A stretch of DNA of 64,000 bases from Gammaproteobacteria bacterium (GCA_030680605.1 JAUXUQ010000001.1:139046-203045); one strand, 5' to 3'; shown: positions 51,690 through 60,789, counted from the first letter of the stretch. Notes: a model not told the origin generated them from the letters alone. Numbers and translations are program-made.

Positions 51690-52736
51690 ATGCAGATTGG
51701 TAAATTTAAGCCCGCTGACATCCTCGACGCTATGCCAGATTGGGTGCTCACGCGCTCTGGAAGGCAGCCGGCAAAACCACACCCCATCGCTCGGCGAATG
51801 GTTGATGAACACGCCAGCCTTGCCGATATCGCCAAGCTGGTAGGCAGCGTTGAGGCCTTGAAACAGGGCAGGCCCGCCGATGACCTGAGGGCCCTCGGCC
51901 TGGGCATGAGTAGTTCTGACTTTACAGCGGCGCTGGGGGGCTCATTGCGTCGGGTTGTGGCGTTGGCATATGATGCCTCCAGCCCCCATCGCGCGTTCAC
52001 TCTACCGGTTCCAGCCCGGAACTTTCTGCAAGTGGATTTTCCTTCCGTTGACTTATCAGACGAACTACCTCCTGTCGGGGAGTTGAGCGAACTCAAACAC
52101 CAGGTCGTCAATGTGAGCACCGGGCTTTCTGCGCAGCTGTACACCTATGGCGGCGCAATATTGGTGACGCGGAACACTATCATCAACGACGATGTTGGGC
52201 TGCTTGACACCGTTTTCACGCAGCGAGGCGCCGCTGCGGCGCGCACCGAGGCGCGGATTATTTATGCACTACTCGAGTCGAATCCTATGTTGGCCGATGG
52301 CGAGCTGATGTTCGATGCTGGGCACGGCAACATTGTTGCCGCCAGCCTGGACGCTGCCAGCCTCGCGGCGGCCATGGGCGCCTTGCGCACACAGCCAACC
52401 CTGAGTGGCAACCTATCAAACAGCAAGGCGGCCTTCTTGATTATATCTGCCGCGCTCGAGTACCACGCCATGAAACTGCTGCATGACATCGGCGCCACCA
52501 CTATCGATATCATTGCCTCGCCATGGCTGCCGGCAGATCGCTGGTATTTGATGGCAGCGCCTTCGGTGGCGCCAGTGATTGGCCGTCTATATCTTGAAGG
52601 AAATATCGGCTCGCGGCCAACCATTGTTGAAGTGATAGAGCCGAAGATCAGTATCGACGGAATAATGTTAAGGGTGATGGCTGATTTTGGCGCTGTGCCT
52701 CTTGGCCGCCTCGGTGTCGTGCGAGGTGGCGCGTGA
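51690..52736 (+). CDS. phage major capsid protein-like (HK97-fold type, tentative)
   Basis: 348 aa. The central and C-terminal pattern (YTYGGAILVTRNTIINDD..., ADGELMFDAGHGN, AAFLIISAALEY, WYLMAAPSVAPVIGRLYLEG..PTIVE) resembles Mu gpT/HK97-like major head proteins (from memory; not verified). Confidence 0.5.
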   Translation: MQIGKFKPADILDAMPDWVLTRSGRQPAKPHPIARRMVDEHASLADIAKLVGSVEALKQGRPADDLRALGLGMSSSDFTAALGGSLRRVVALAYDASSPHRAFTLPVPARNFLQVDFPSVDLSDELPPVGELSELKHQVVNVSTGLSAQLYTYGGAILVTRNTIINDDVGLLDTVFTQRGAAAARTEARIIYALLESNPMLADGELMFDAGHGNIVAASLDAASLAAAMGALRTQPTLSGNLSNSKAAFLIISAALEYHAMKLLHDIGATTIDIIASPWLPADRWYLMAAPSVAPVIGRLYLEGNIGSRPTIVEVIEPKISIDGIMLRVMADFGAVPLGRLGVVRGGA

Positions 52737-52960
52737 TGAACGTCCGTCGCGATTACGCCAAGCTAACAGAGGCTGTGGCGAACCTGGACGCGGAGATCGG
52801 CGTCCAGCTGGAGGCGATTGATGCTGCGCTGGCGAGCGGGAACCATGCAGGCGCGGCGACGTACCGTGCCATCGAGGCGCGAGCGAGGAAGCGCCTGCAG
52901 AATCTTGTCAAAAAGGCGCAGGCTTTTCAGCGGCGCGTCGCACGAGGGCTAGCAGCATGA
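52733..52960 (+). CDS. small helical protein (island)
   Basis: 75 aa. Overlaps the capsid-like stop. Ala/Arg-rich and predicted helical. Confidence 0.45.
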   Translation: MMNVRRDYAKLTEAVANLDAEIGVQLEAIDAALASGNHAGAATYRAIEARARKRLQNLVKKAQAFQRRVARGLAA

Positions 52961-53382
52961 GCGTCCGTGAATTTGAAAAACTGACTGCCGAGATCGCCGA
53001 GCTCGATGCATTGCTTGATACCGAGCTTGATGCTTTGCACGCGGCGAAGATGGTAAAAAACCCCCAGGCGATAACCCAGCGCCGGCTGGAGGCACAGAGG
53101 ATCGAGGCAGAACTCGAAAATATAGTGGATCGGGCGCGCGTAATGCACCGCGACTTCTGGCTTGCCCAGGCTAAAAAATATGAAGCGATGATCCCCGATG
53201 CTGTGCGCCCTATCCATGCATTGCACCGCGCTCGCAGCCTTGCTGGCAAGGCACACAGCTTAGATGTCGTGATTGCCCAAGCCATCAGCCTGACCGCGCC
53301 GGCGCCCCCTTTCGAGGGCACCGAATTTCCGGAAGCGGCACCCGATTCGGACGCGCTACGCCGCGCCGAAATCGAAATATAG
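52957..53382 (+). CDS. coiled-coil protein (island)
   Basis: 141 aa. ATGA overlap with the previous ORF. The N-half has a heptad-like EL/DAL pattern. Confidence 0.5.
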   Translation: MSVREFEKLTAEIAELDALLDTELDALHAAKMVKNPQAITQRRLEAQRIEAELENIVDRARVMHRDFWLAQAKKYEAMIPDAVRPIHALHRARSLAGKAHSLDVVIAQAISLTAPAPPFEGTEFPEAAPDSDALRRAEIEI

Positions 53383-53388
53383 TTTTTC

Positions 53389-53431
53389 TATGCGGCGAGC
53401 GAGAGAGCGCCTACCCATAGCTCGCCGCATA
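53389..53431 (+). terminator. 12-bp perfect inverted repeat (possible terminator or processing site)
   Basis: TATGCGGCGAGC-N19-GCTCGCCGCATA, starting 7 nt after the stop at 53382. Only a weak T-tract follows. Confidence 0.4.
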
Positions 53432-53585
53432 TCTTGCGCGTTTCTCCGGCACGCAAGTGGTCCTCCGTATGGGCTCAGCGCACCGTAGTTGTCATCGTTG
53501 ATGGCAGCAGAAAAAACCGACGGACCCGGCCTAGGCAGCCGGTGCAAGGTTTGAATGATATCGAACACCACGCGGGAGATTGCTT

Positions 53586-56009
53586 ATGACGGTTAAAACC
53601 AAAATCATCATCGAGGGCGATGACCGCAGCAAGGCGGCGATCAGCTCGGCCAAGGCCAACATGGCCTCGCTGGCTGCTGCGGGCAACAAACTTAATGGCT
53701 TGCTGAGTCGTATGGGCGCCGGGTTGAGTGTCGCTTCCATTCTCGCATTTAGCAAAGCGTCCATAAAAGCATTCGCCGAGTCTGAGGAGGCGGTGCGCAA
53801 ACTCGACGCGGTTTTGAAGGCTACCAGGCTTGCCGCCGGGCTTACCCGGAAAGAACTCATTAAAGATTCCGCCGAGTTTCAGCGAACGCTGGGATTCTCG
53901 GATGAGTCTGTGATTGCTGCGCAGATCGAGTTACTCAAATTCCGGGTTATCAGCAAAGCCACCTTTGGCGATGCTATCCGGCTGGCGGCTGACTGGGCGC
54001 GGCTTACCGGCACTGATCTGCCAGAGGCGGCGGCCAAGCTTGGTAAGGCACTCGCCGACCCCGAAGCTGCCGCGCGGCTCCTGAAAGAAGCGGGCGTGGT
54101 ACTGACTGACAACCAGAAGAGTCTGCTGAAATCATTTGAAGACGTCAATGATAAGGCGGCGGCGCAGAACGTCATTATGGACGCGCTGCGCGGCTCCATC
54201 GGTGGTGTTGCAACAGAAATGAACACCGGCCTGCTCAAGGCAACGAATGATCTGAAAAATGCCTGGAATGATTTATTGGAGGTGCTCGGGAAAAAGATAA
54301 GCCCGGCGGCGACCGGCAGTGCAGGCGGTCTTGCCGGTGCGATCAATGTTACGAGAAAGCTGATCGAAGGGACATTTTTAGCGGAGCTGCAGGCCCCACG
54401 AATTGACCCCTTCGGCCGGGATGGCGGTCTACTCGCCGGGATAACGCTGGAGGACTACAAGGCAGCTCAGGGCCAAATTAATGAACTGACCCGCCAACAA
54501 TCCGAAAAGGATGCCGAAGACGCCAGGCTAAAATCCGAACTGGATAAAAAAGCACTGGACAAGCGAGTGGCTGCAGAAAAAGTCTCAGCGGAGGCGGCGG
54601 CCAAAGCCCGCCTGGCGCTGGCGCGCACCCAGGCCGAGCAACTGGCGCGGCTGGAACAGGACGACATCAAGCGCGCGCTGGATGCCAACAAGCAACTCTA
54701 CGACGACAAACTTATTACGGCGGGTGACTACTACGCCACGCTGGCGGCGCTGCAACAGCAGCAGGCGGCGAGCGAGATCGCGCTGCTGGAGCAGCAACGC
54801 GCCGCCGCGCTGGCCATTCAGCGCGACCCAGGCGCGGAGGCGGCGGAAAAGATCAAGGCCGCCGGCGATCTTTTGAAAATCGAGGCCGAGATCGCGCTGG
54901 TGCAGAACCGCGTCGCCGGCGAGGCCGCCGCCTCCACCACGGCGCAGATCGCCGCGCGCCGCGACGCGGTGAAGACGGCGCAGGACATGGTGGATGCGCT
55001 GACGCTGGAGGCGCGGCTGCTCGGGCTTACCAATCAGGAACGCGAGCGCAGCGTCGCGCTGCTGGAGATGGAAAAGCTGCAAGTCAATTTGACCACACAA
55101 GAATATGAAAAACTCAGCGCGGCGCTGAATGCTGCGCTGGACGACAAGCAGGCGGCGGAAGCGCGACGCAAGGCGCTGGATGAAGCGGTGGAACAGGCGA
55201 AGGATATTTACCGCGCGCTGGCCGAAAACCTGCAACGCTCGATTGCCGATGTGCTCAACAACGCCTTTACCGGCGAGGTCGCGCGCGGTGCGGTGCTGGG
55301 GCTGGTGAATCTGGTGCGGGTGTCGCTGTCAAACGTGCTCGCGGCCAGCCTCACCGATTCTATACTGCAAGCCTTCCCGCGCGAGTCGGTGATCGGCGCA
55401 GGTAAATTTTTCGGGCTCGGCGCCAAGCGCGACGGTTCCACCCAGGCGAACGCGGTCTACGTGCAAGACGTGGCCACCGCCGCCGGCGCGGATGTCGGCG
55501 GCGAGATTGCCGCGCAGACGGAATCCATTTTCTCGCGCCTCGGCTCCATGCTGTCAAACCTGCTCGGCACGCTCGGCTCGCTGCTGTCGAGCCTGTTGAG
55601 TTCGCTCGGATCGGCCTTGTCGGGGCTAGCGGGCGGCATCGGCACGCTGTTCGGTTTTGCGGAGGGCGGCTATACCGGCGCGGGCGGCAAATACCAGCCG
55701 CGCGGGATTGTGCACGGCGGCGAGTATGTGTTCAGCGCCGCCGCCGTGCGCCGCCTGGGCGTGGGCATGCTGGACAACATGCACCGCATCAGCTCGGGTA
55801 ACTTCATGCCCGCCGCGCCGCGCCTCAGTTACGCTGAGGGCGGACTGGTGAATCTGCCTGGCGCACCGAACGTGTCATTCAGCATGAAGAACATCAACGT
55901 GCTGGATCCGTCGCTGGTGGCGGGCTTTCTTGCCACTACTAGCGGCGAGCGTGCGATTCTGAATATTATCGAGCGCAACCCTGGCGCAATCCGCCAGGTG
56001 ATCGGCTGA
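53586..56009 (+). CDS. phage tail tape measure protein
   Basis: 807 aa from ATG 53586, with GGGAG 7 nt upstream. The N-terminal core (LPEAAAKLGKALADPEAAARLLKEAGVVLTDNQKSLLKSFED...AAQNVIMDAL), a long Ala/Gln/Glu coiled coil, and the C-terminal GGYTGAGGKYQPRGIVHGGEYVFSA motif are typical of lambda-type tape measures. Confidence 0.85.
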   Translation: MTVKTKIIIEGDDRSKAAISSAKANMASLAAAGNKLNGLLSRMGAGLSVASILAFSKASIKAFAESEEAVRKLDAVLKATRLAAGLTRKELIKDSAEFQRTLGFSDESVIAAQIELLKFRVISKATFGDAIRLAADWARLTGTDLPEAAAKLGKALADPEAAARLLKEAGVVLTDNQKSLLKSFEDVNDKAAAQNVIMDALRGSIGGVATEMNTGLLKATNDLKNAWNDLLEVLGKKISPAATGSAGGLAGAINVTRKLIEGTFLAELQAPRIDPFGRDGGLLAGITLEDYKAAQGQINELTRQQSEKDAEDARLKSELDKKALDKRVAAEKVSAEAAAKARLALARTQAEQLARLEQDDIKRALDANKQLYDDKLITAGDYYATLAALQQQQAASEIALLEQQRAAALAIQRDPGAEAAEKIKAAGDLLKIEAEIALVQNRVAGEAAASTTAQIAARRDAVKTAQDMVDALTLEARLLGLTNQERERSVALLEMEKLQVNLTTQEYEKLSAALNAALDDKQAAEARRKALDEAVEQAKDIYRALAENLQRSIADVLNNAFTGEVARGAVLGLVNLVRVSLSNVLAASLTDSILQAFPRESVIGAGKFFGLGAKRDGSTQANAVYVQDVATAAGADVGGEIAAQTESIFSRLGSMLSNLLGTLGSLLSSLLSSLGSALSGLAGGIGTLFGFAEGGYTGAGGKYQPRGIVHGGEYVFSAAAVRRLGVGMLDNMHRISSGNFMPAAPRLSYAEGGLVNLPGAPNVSFSMKNINVLDPSLVAGFLATTSGERAILNIIERNPGAIRQVIG

Positions 56010-56100
56010 CCCTCTTGTCAGGCTGAGTGCCAGCGCGTCGTTCAGCCATGCGCTGGATGCATCCGCTAAAGGCTAGGCGTAGCTTCAACCCCTGCCGCAC

Positions 56101-56126
56101 AACCCGCCCAAGTGGCGGGTTTTTTA
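56101..56126 (+). terminator. rho-independent terminator after the tape measure gene
   Basis: 8-bp GC-rich stem AACCCGCC/GGCGGGTT, loop CAAGT, then TTTTAT. Confidence 0.8.
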
Positions 56127-56139
56127 TGCGAGTGACACG

Positions 56140-56236
56140 GTGTATCCAGCATGGCGTTGTGGCGGGTTTTCATGTTTGCAAAAAGCGGTGGTGTATCCAG
56201 CCGTGTATCCAATTCAAGGTGTATCCGGCGGGATAC
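56140..56236 (+). repeat. cluster of four direct GTGTATCC motifs plus one inverted partial copy (putative arm-type sites, right arm)
   Basis: GTGTATCC at 56140-56147, 56191-56198, 56203-56210 and 56219-56226. GTATCCGGCGGGATAC palindrome at 56221-56236. Confidence 0.6.
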
Positions 56237-56270
56237 CGCAGCGCATAAGGCTTTTATCAGCTATGTTTCT

Positions 56271-56295
56271 TGTTGCCCATGCATACAAATAGTAC
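56271..56295 (+). repeat. attR core (25-bp direct repeat) with the relic 5' end of ptp
   Basis: Exact copy of 46784-46808. The reverse strand of 56271-56310 reads TAG ATG ATG GTA CGG GTA CTA TTT GTA TGC ATG GGC AAC, i.e. the ancestral MMVRVLFVCMGN start. Confidence 0.9.
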
Positions 56296-56387
56296 CCGTA
56301 CCATCATCTACTCCATCAACCCCTTGCCTCGCCGTGCTACGCCCTGAAAATTGGACTTTCCGGGTACCGCATGGGTATTGTATACGC

Positions 56388-56657
56388 ATGCCACACTCCG
56401 CCATCAGCCTTGAGCAACTGCGCACCTTTATCGGTCGGCGGGTACGCCATACCGGCATTGATTGCCAGGTCATCGAGGTACTGGAGGATGGCCCGGCACT
56501 GGTACTGCAAGACTGCGAACAGCACACCGTGATCCAGCCAGACCAGCATGGCGAGGCACACCGCCGTGTCGCCCCCACGTTTATTGTACCGCTGGCGGGC
56601 GATGAGCCAGGCGAATTAAATCCGGCCTTTATACATTTGCGACTATTTTCCCGCTGA
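56388..56657 (+). CDS. hypothetical small protein
   Basis: 89 aa from ATG 56388. Convergent with kdsB and overlaps its 3' end by 15 nt. No family recognised, so coding status is uncertain. Confidence 0.35.
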   Translation: MPHSAISLEQLRTFIGRRVRHTGIDCQVIEVLEDGPALVLQDCEQHTVIQPDQHGEAHRRVAPTFIVPLAGDEPGELNPAFIHLRLFSR

Positions 56658-57410
56658 GACCAACAGCCGCTCCACGCGCGCGATATCCTGCTCGCTGTCC
56701 ACACCGGGACCCGGCGTCTCCTGGGCCAGATCCACGTGAATACGATGGCCCTGCCACAGAATACGCAACTGCTCCAGCGCCTCTGTACGTTCCAGCACGC
56801 TCTCCGACCAGCCAGCATAGTGCTTGAGAAAACCGGCACGGTAAGCGTAAAGTCCGATATGCCGGAAATGCTGGGTATCCGCCGGGAGCTGCTGGCCTCC
56901 CTGGGCAAATGCCTGCCGGTGCCAGGGTATCGGTGCCCGACTAAAATAAAGGGCATAGCCCTGGCTGTCGACAACCACCTTGCATACATTGGGGTCGAAC
57001 AAATCATCGGCCTCGGTAATCATCTCACACAAGGTCGCGACAGAGGCCTGGGTGTGGTTTGCAAGATTCCGGGCAGACTGACGGATGATGGCAGGCGGAA
57101 TCAACGGCTCGTCACCCTGCACGTTGACCACTACCTCGTCGTCATCCAGATTCAGGCTGGCCGCTACCTCGGCAATCCGCTCCGTGCCTGAGCGATGATG
57201 CATCGAGGTCATACACACTTCGGCATCGAAAACACGTGCGGCCTGTGCAATGCGCTCATCGTCAGTGGCAATAATGACGCGATTTGCACCGCTTTCCAAC
57301 GCACGCCGATAGACGTGCTCCAGCATCGGCCTGCCGGCAATTGTGCGCAACGGCTTGCCCGGCAGCCGGGTGGAAGCGTAGCGCGCCGGGATGACCACAT
57401 CGAAGCTCAC
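56643..57410 (-). CDS. kdsB: 3-deoxy-manno-octulosonate cytidylyltransferase
   Basis: 255 aa. [17 protein letters not shown] start and [11 protein letters not shown] motif. Confidence 0.95.
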   Translation of the reverse strand: MSFDVVIPARYASTRLPGKPLRTIAGRPMLEHVYRRALESGANRVIIATDDERIAQAARVFDAEVCMTSMHHRSGTERIAEVAASLNLDDDEVVVNVQGDEPLIPPAIIRQSARNLANHTQASVATLCEMITEADDLFDPNVCKVVVDSQGYALYFSRAPIPWHRQAFAQGGQQLPADTQHFRHIGLYAYRAGFLKHYAGWSESVLERTEALEQLRILWQGHRIHVDLAQETPGPGVDSEQDIARVERLLVSAGK

Positions 57411-57586
57411 GTCGGATCTTCGCTCTGCAGGCGTCGCGCCTCCTGCTCCAGCATCACAGGGATGTCATCACGTATCGGGTAAGCCAGCTTGTCCCACTTG
57501 CAGATCAACTCTGCAGCCGACTTGTCATACAGCAACGGCCCTTTGCATACAGGGCATACCAGAATATCAAGCAGCCTTGGATCCAT
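57407..57586 (-). CDS. ycaR: Trm112-family small protein (YcaR-like)
   Basis: 59 aa from the [18 protein letters not shown] start. ATGA overlap with kdsB. Conserved lpxK-ycaR-kdsB order. Confidence 0.85.
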   Translation of the reverse strand: MDPRLLDILVCPVCKGPLLYDKSAAELICKWDKLAYPIRDDIPVMLEQEARRLQSEDPT

Positions 57587-58562
57587 ACACTCTCTTCTCC
57601 AGAAATTCTGACAATCTCGCGCCAAAGGCAGGGTCAAGCTCCGCCGTGACTGGCACATACCAATAGTGCGGTTTTGCCACCTGTCCGCACTTTACCGCAT
57701 CCTTTTCGGTCATGAGGACATTGCGCCCGTCATCGAAATTGAAATCCTGTGCGGTATAGCGGTGGTGATCCGGAAAGGCATGCTCGATGACCCGCAATCC
57801 TGACAACCGCAGTTGCTCAAAAAACCGCACGGGATTACCGATAGCGGCAACGGCATGCACCGTCTCGGCAGCAAAGCTTGCTATTGTTCGCCTGCGCTCT
57901 TTATCCGTCAGGCTACATGCATCACCCGGTTGCAATACCATGGCGTGCTCACCTGCCCGGGCTCTGCCGCCATTACATATTCTGAGATCAACGGTCTCCC
58001 AGCGCGCAGGGCGCTCCCGCAGAGGGCCTGCCGGCAGGCAATGGTTATTGCCAAAGCGCCGCATACCGTCAACCACGGCAATTTCGATATCGCGTGCCAG
58101 CGCATAGTGCTGCAAGCCGTCATCGGCTATCAGGACGTCACAGCTGGCGGCCAGCTGGCGTGCGGCATCAAGCCGATACGGCGCCACCACCACCGGGCAG
58201 GCACTGCGGCGCGCAAGCAATACAGCCTCATCACCGGCAAGTTCGGTATCGGTATCCGCATGCACTGTCAGAGGATAGTGCGTTGCCTTGCCTCCATAGC
58301 CACGGCTCACTATGCCCGGCTTCCGGCCGTGTGCCCTCAGGTATTCCGCCAGCCAGATGACGAGCGGAGTCTTGCCTGTGCCACCCACCGTGATATTACC
58401 CACCACTATAACAGGGACACCCACCTTGATCGTCCGCAGTACCCCCGCACGATATAAACTCCGACGCAGCATGACCACCAGCGCATACAGCCATGAAAGC
58501 GGCAACAACAGGACTGCCACAGGGTTGTTGCTGTACCAGTAGTAGTCCAGACGCTTCATCAA
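57567..58562 (-). CDS. lpxK: tetraacyldisaccharide 4'-kinase
   Basis: 331 aa. [13 protein letters not shown]-loop, SRGYG, GDEA motifs. Confidence 0.9.
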   Translation of the reverse strand: MMKRLDYYWYSNNPVAVLLLPLSWLYALVVMLRRSLYRAGVLRTIKVGVPVIVVGNITVGGTGKTPLVIWLAEYLRAHGRKPGIVSRGYGGKATHYPLTVHADTDTELAGDEAVLLARRSACPVVVAPYRLDAARQLAASCDVLIADDGLQHYALARDIEIAVVDGMRRFGNNHCLPAGPLRERPARWETVDLRICNGGRARAGEHAMVLQPGDACSLTDKERRRTIASFAAETVHAVAAIGNPVRFFEQLRLSGLRVIEHAFPDHHRYTAQDFNFDDGRNVLMTEKDAVKCGQVAKPHYWYVPVTAELDPAFGARLSEFLEKRVYGSKAA

Positions 58563-60349
58563 GACAAATGTGACGTAGTGGCCTGCTGTGTGTGCCCCGG
58601 CGCAGGATCACGAAACTGCATCTTATGCAGCGCAGCATAGTGGCCATTGCGCGCCAGCAAATCACCGTGCCTGCCCTGCTCGACAATACGTCCGGCGTGC
58701 AGCACGATAATCAGATCGGCCCTTTCAACGGTGGAAAGGCGGTGCGCAATCACCAACGTGGTGCGCGTGCGCATCAGGCGCTCGAGTGCTGACTGGATGT
58801 AGCGCTCCGACTCGGTATCCAGCGATGATGTCGCTTCATCCAGAATCAGTATCGGCGCATTCTTCAACAGGGCGCGTGCAATCGCCAGACGCTGGCGCTG
58901 CCCCCCCGAAAGCAATACCCCATTTTCCCCCACCAGGGTATCCAGACCCTGGGGCAACTGGCGGATAAACTCCATGGCATGGGCCGCCTCTGCGGCCTCG
59001 ACAATCTCGCTCTCGCTTGCGGTATCGAGCCTGCCATAAGCGATATTGTGTGCGATCGTATCGTTGAACAGGATTACATCCTGGCTGACCAGTGCGATCT
59101 GGTCACGCAGGCTGCTGAGTTGCAGGCTGCGAATGTCGTGATCATCAATGGTAATACTGCCGCTGCTGACGTTGTATAAACGCGGCAACAGGCTGACCAG
59201 TGTTGACTTGCCGCTGCCGGATCGCCCTACCAGCGCAATGGTCTGGCCCGGCTCTGCCTTGAAGCTGACATCATTCAGTACACTGCCCTTGCTCTCATCA
59301 TAGCCGAACGAAACGTTATGATATTCCACCGCGCCCTGCGCCCGCGCGATGCTCTGCGTACCGTCATCTGTTTCGGCGGCATTATCGAGAAAGCCGAAAA
59401 TGCTGTCTGCGGCTGCAATACCACGCTGCAGCGTGGCGTTGATGGTCGTGATCCGCTTCATCGGCCCGAGCATGAGCACCATGGCGGCCACAAATGACAT
59501 GAATGTACCTACGCTGATGGAAGCCAGCATCTCATCCAGCGTGGCGATATAGACAATCCCCGCCAACGCGCACGCCGTGACCAGCTGGATCAGTGCGGTA
59601 CTGGTGGCCGAGGTCGCCGTCATCTTCATGTTCAGATGACGATTGGCTTCGTTGGTGCGCGCAAAGCGGTTCGCCTCATATACCTGCACTCCAAACACCT
59701 TGATCACCCGGTGCGCCTTGATCGCCTCCTCGGAGACATGCGTGATATCACCCATCGACCCCTGGATGCGCGTGCTGATACGACGGAATCGTCGATTGAT
59801 ATAAAGTACCATGAAGGCAATGAAGGGGCCCGCCAGCAGAAATGTCAGCGCCAGAATAACATTGAGATACAGCATCCACGCGACCAGACCGATCACGGTC
59901 AATGTGTCTTTTATGATCACAGTGATGGCGCTGGTGGAGGCCTGGGTGACCTGCTCCACGTTGTAGATCAACCGGGACAGCAGCTGGCCGGAGGAATGGT
60001 TATCGTAAAAGGCGGCTGGCAGCGCCAACAGGTGGCGGAACATCCGGTCACGCAGGTCATTCACCACCCTGCGTCCCATCCACGCCAGACCATAGCTGGA
60101 GACGAACGATGCGATACCGCGTATCACAAACAGGCCTACCAGCCAGATCGGCATCATGCGGATGATATCCGGATCCTTGGCTACAAAGCTGCCGTCAGCG
60201 AGTGGCTTGATGAGCGCCGCGAAGCTGGTTTCGGTCGCGGCAAAAAACACCATCGCCAGCGTCGCGATTGAAAATGCCTTCCAATAGGGGGTTGCATAAC
60301 GTAACAGACGCCGGTAAACGGTCGTTGCGCTCGCCTGGGTATGGGTCAT
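58559..60349 (-). CDS. msbA: lipid A export ABC transporter MsbA
   Basis: 596 aa. Six-TM domain plus NBD with [24 protein letters not shown] and ILILDEATS. Confidence 0.9.
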   Translation of the reverse strand: MTHTQASATTVYRRLLRYATPYWKAFSIATLAMVFFAATETSFAALIKPLADGSFVAKDPDIIRMMPIWLVGLFVIRGIASFVSSYGLAWMGRRVVNDLRDRMFRHLLALPAAFYDNHSSGQLLSRLIYNVEQVTQASTSAITVIIKDTLTVIGLVAWMLYLNVILALTFLLAGPFIAFMVLYINRRFRRISTRIQGSMGDITHVSEEAIKAHRVIKVFGVQVYEANRFARTNEANRHLNMKMTATSATSTALIQLVTACALAGIVYIATLDEMLASISVGTFMSFVAAMVLMLGPMKRITTINATLQRGIAAADSIFGFLDNAAETDDGTQSIARAQGAVEYHNVSFGYDESKGSVLNDVSFKAEPGQTIALVGRSGSGKSTLVSLLPRLYNVSSGSITIDDHDIRSLQLSSLRDQIALVSQDVILFNDTIAHNIAYGRLDTASESEIVEAAEAAHAMEFIRQLPQGLDTLVGENGVLLSGGQRQRLAIARALLKNAPILILDEATSSLDTESERYIQSALERLMRTRTTLVIAHRLSTVERADLIIVLHAGRIVEQGRHGDLLARNGHYAALHKMQFRDPAPGHTQQATTSHLS

Positions 60350-60363
60350 GCGGGCACGCTGTC

Positions 60364-60789
60364 TCAGGGCTGTCCTGCTGCGGGATTCTGCGTGGCCAGG
60401 GTGAAATTCACCAGCCCAAGCTGTCGGGCAACATCCATAACGGTAATGACTGCCTGATGGGGTGTCTTGGCATCGGCGCTGATGATGACCGGTACATCCT
60501 TGTTCTGTGCGAGTGACTGCTGCAAGGCGCGCTTCAGGGTTTCCGGTGCCGTATTCACCACCAACTGCTGGTCGATATAGTAACGCCCCTCGGCGTCAAT
60601 CACGATCTCCAGTTTCTGCTCCTGCTCGATATCGGCCTCGGCAGATGCTTCAGGCAGCGTGAGCTTGATACCGGAGTCACGATTGAATGTTGTGGTCACC
60701 ATAAAGAAGATGAGCAACATGAACACGACGTCGATCAGCGGGATCAGATTCAGCTCCGGATCCTCGCGGGTGGTGCGACGCAGGTTCAT
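60364..60789 (-). CDS. exbD: biopolymer transport protein ExbD/TolR family
   Basis: 141 aa. INLIPLIDVVFMLLIFFMVT TM motif. Confidence 0.85.
   Translation of the reverse strand: MNLRRTTREDPELNLIPLIDVVFMLLIFFMVTTTFNRDSGIKLTLPEASAEADIEQEQKLEIVIDAEGRYYIDQQLVVNTAPETLKRALQQSLAQNKDVPVIISADAKTPHQAVITVMDVARQLGLVNFTLATQNPAAGQP

Larger units (their letters stand above)
46784..56295 (+). mobile_element. 9.5-kb integrative element (reduced prophage or phage-satellite-like island) bounded by 25-bp direct repeats
   Basis: Identical 25-mers at both ends. Tyrosine integrase next to the left end, then excisionase-like, replication-like, capsid-like and tape-measure ORFs, all on the + strand. The flanks are housekeeping genes. 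Confidence 0.9.

Noticed and set aside
52733-53382. Are the two small ORFs before the tape measure the G/GT tail-assembly chaperone pair with a programmed -1 frameshift?
   Set aside because: They are joined by an ordinary ATGA stop/start overlap, I could not see a slippery heptamer, and a 200-bp gap with a strong hairpin separates them from the tape measure gene. This was not supported.
53356-53571. 71-aa minus-strand ORF in the gap before the tape measure gene
   Set aside because: It is the opposite strand to every other island gene, it spans the 12-bp inverted repeat, and it has no RBS. It is treated as non-coding.
46784-56295. Could the island be an ICE/IME or a transposon?
   Set aside because: No relaxase, coupling protein, T4SS, transposase or terminal inverted repeats were seen. 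The direct-repeat att sites plus a tyrosine integrase and phage structural genes point to a phage-derived element.
56261-57007. 248-aa minus-strand ORF overlapping kdsB in another frame and reaching into attR
   Set aside because: The kdsB frame (56643-57410) carries the canonical motifs, while this frame is Arg/Ser/Trp/Cys-rich and crosses the att core. It is spurious.
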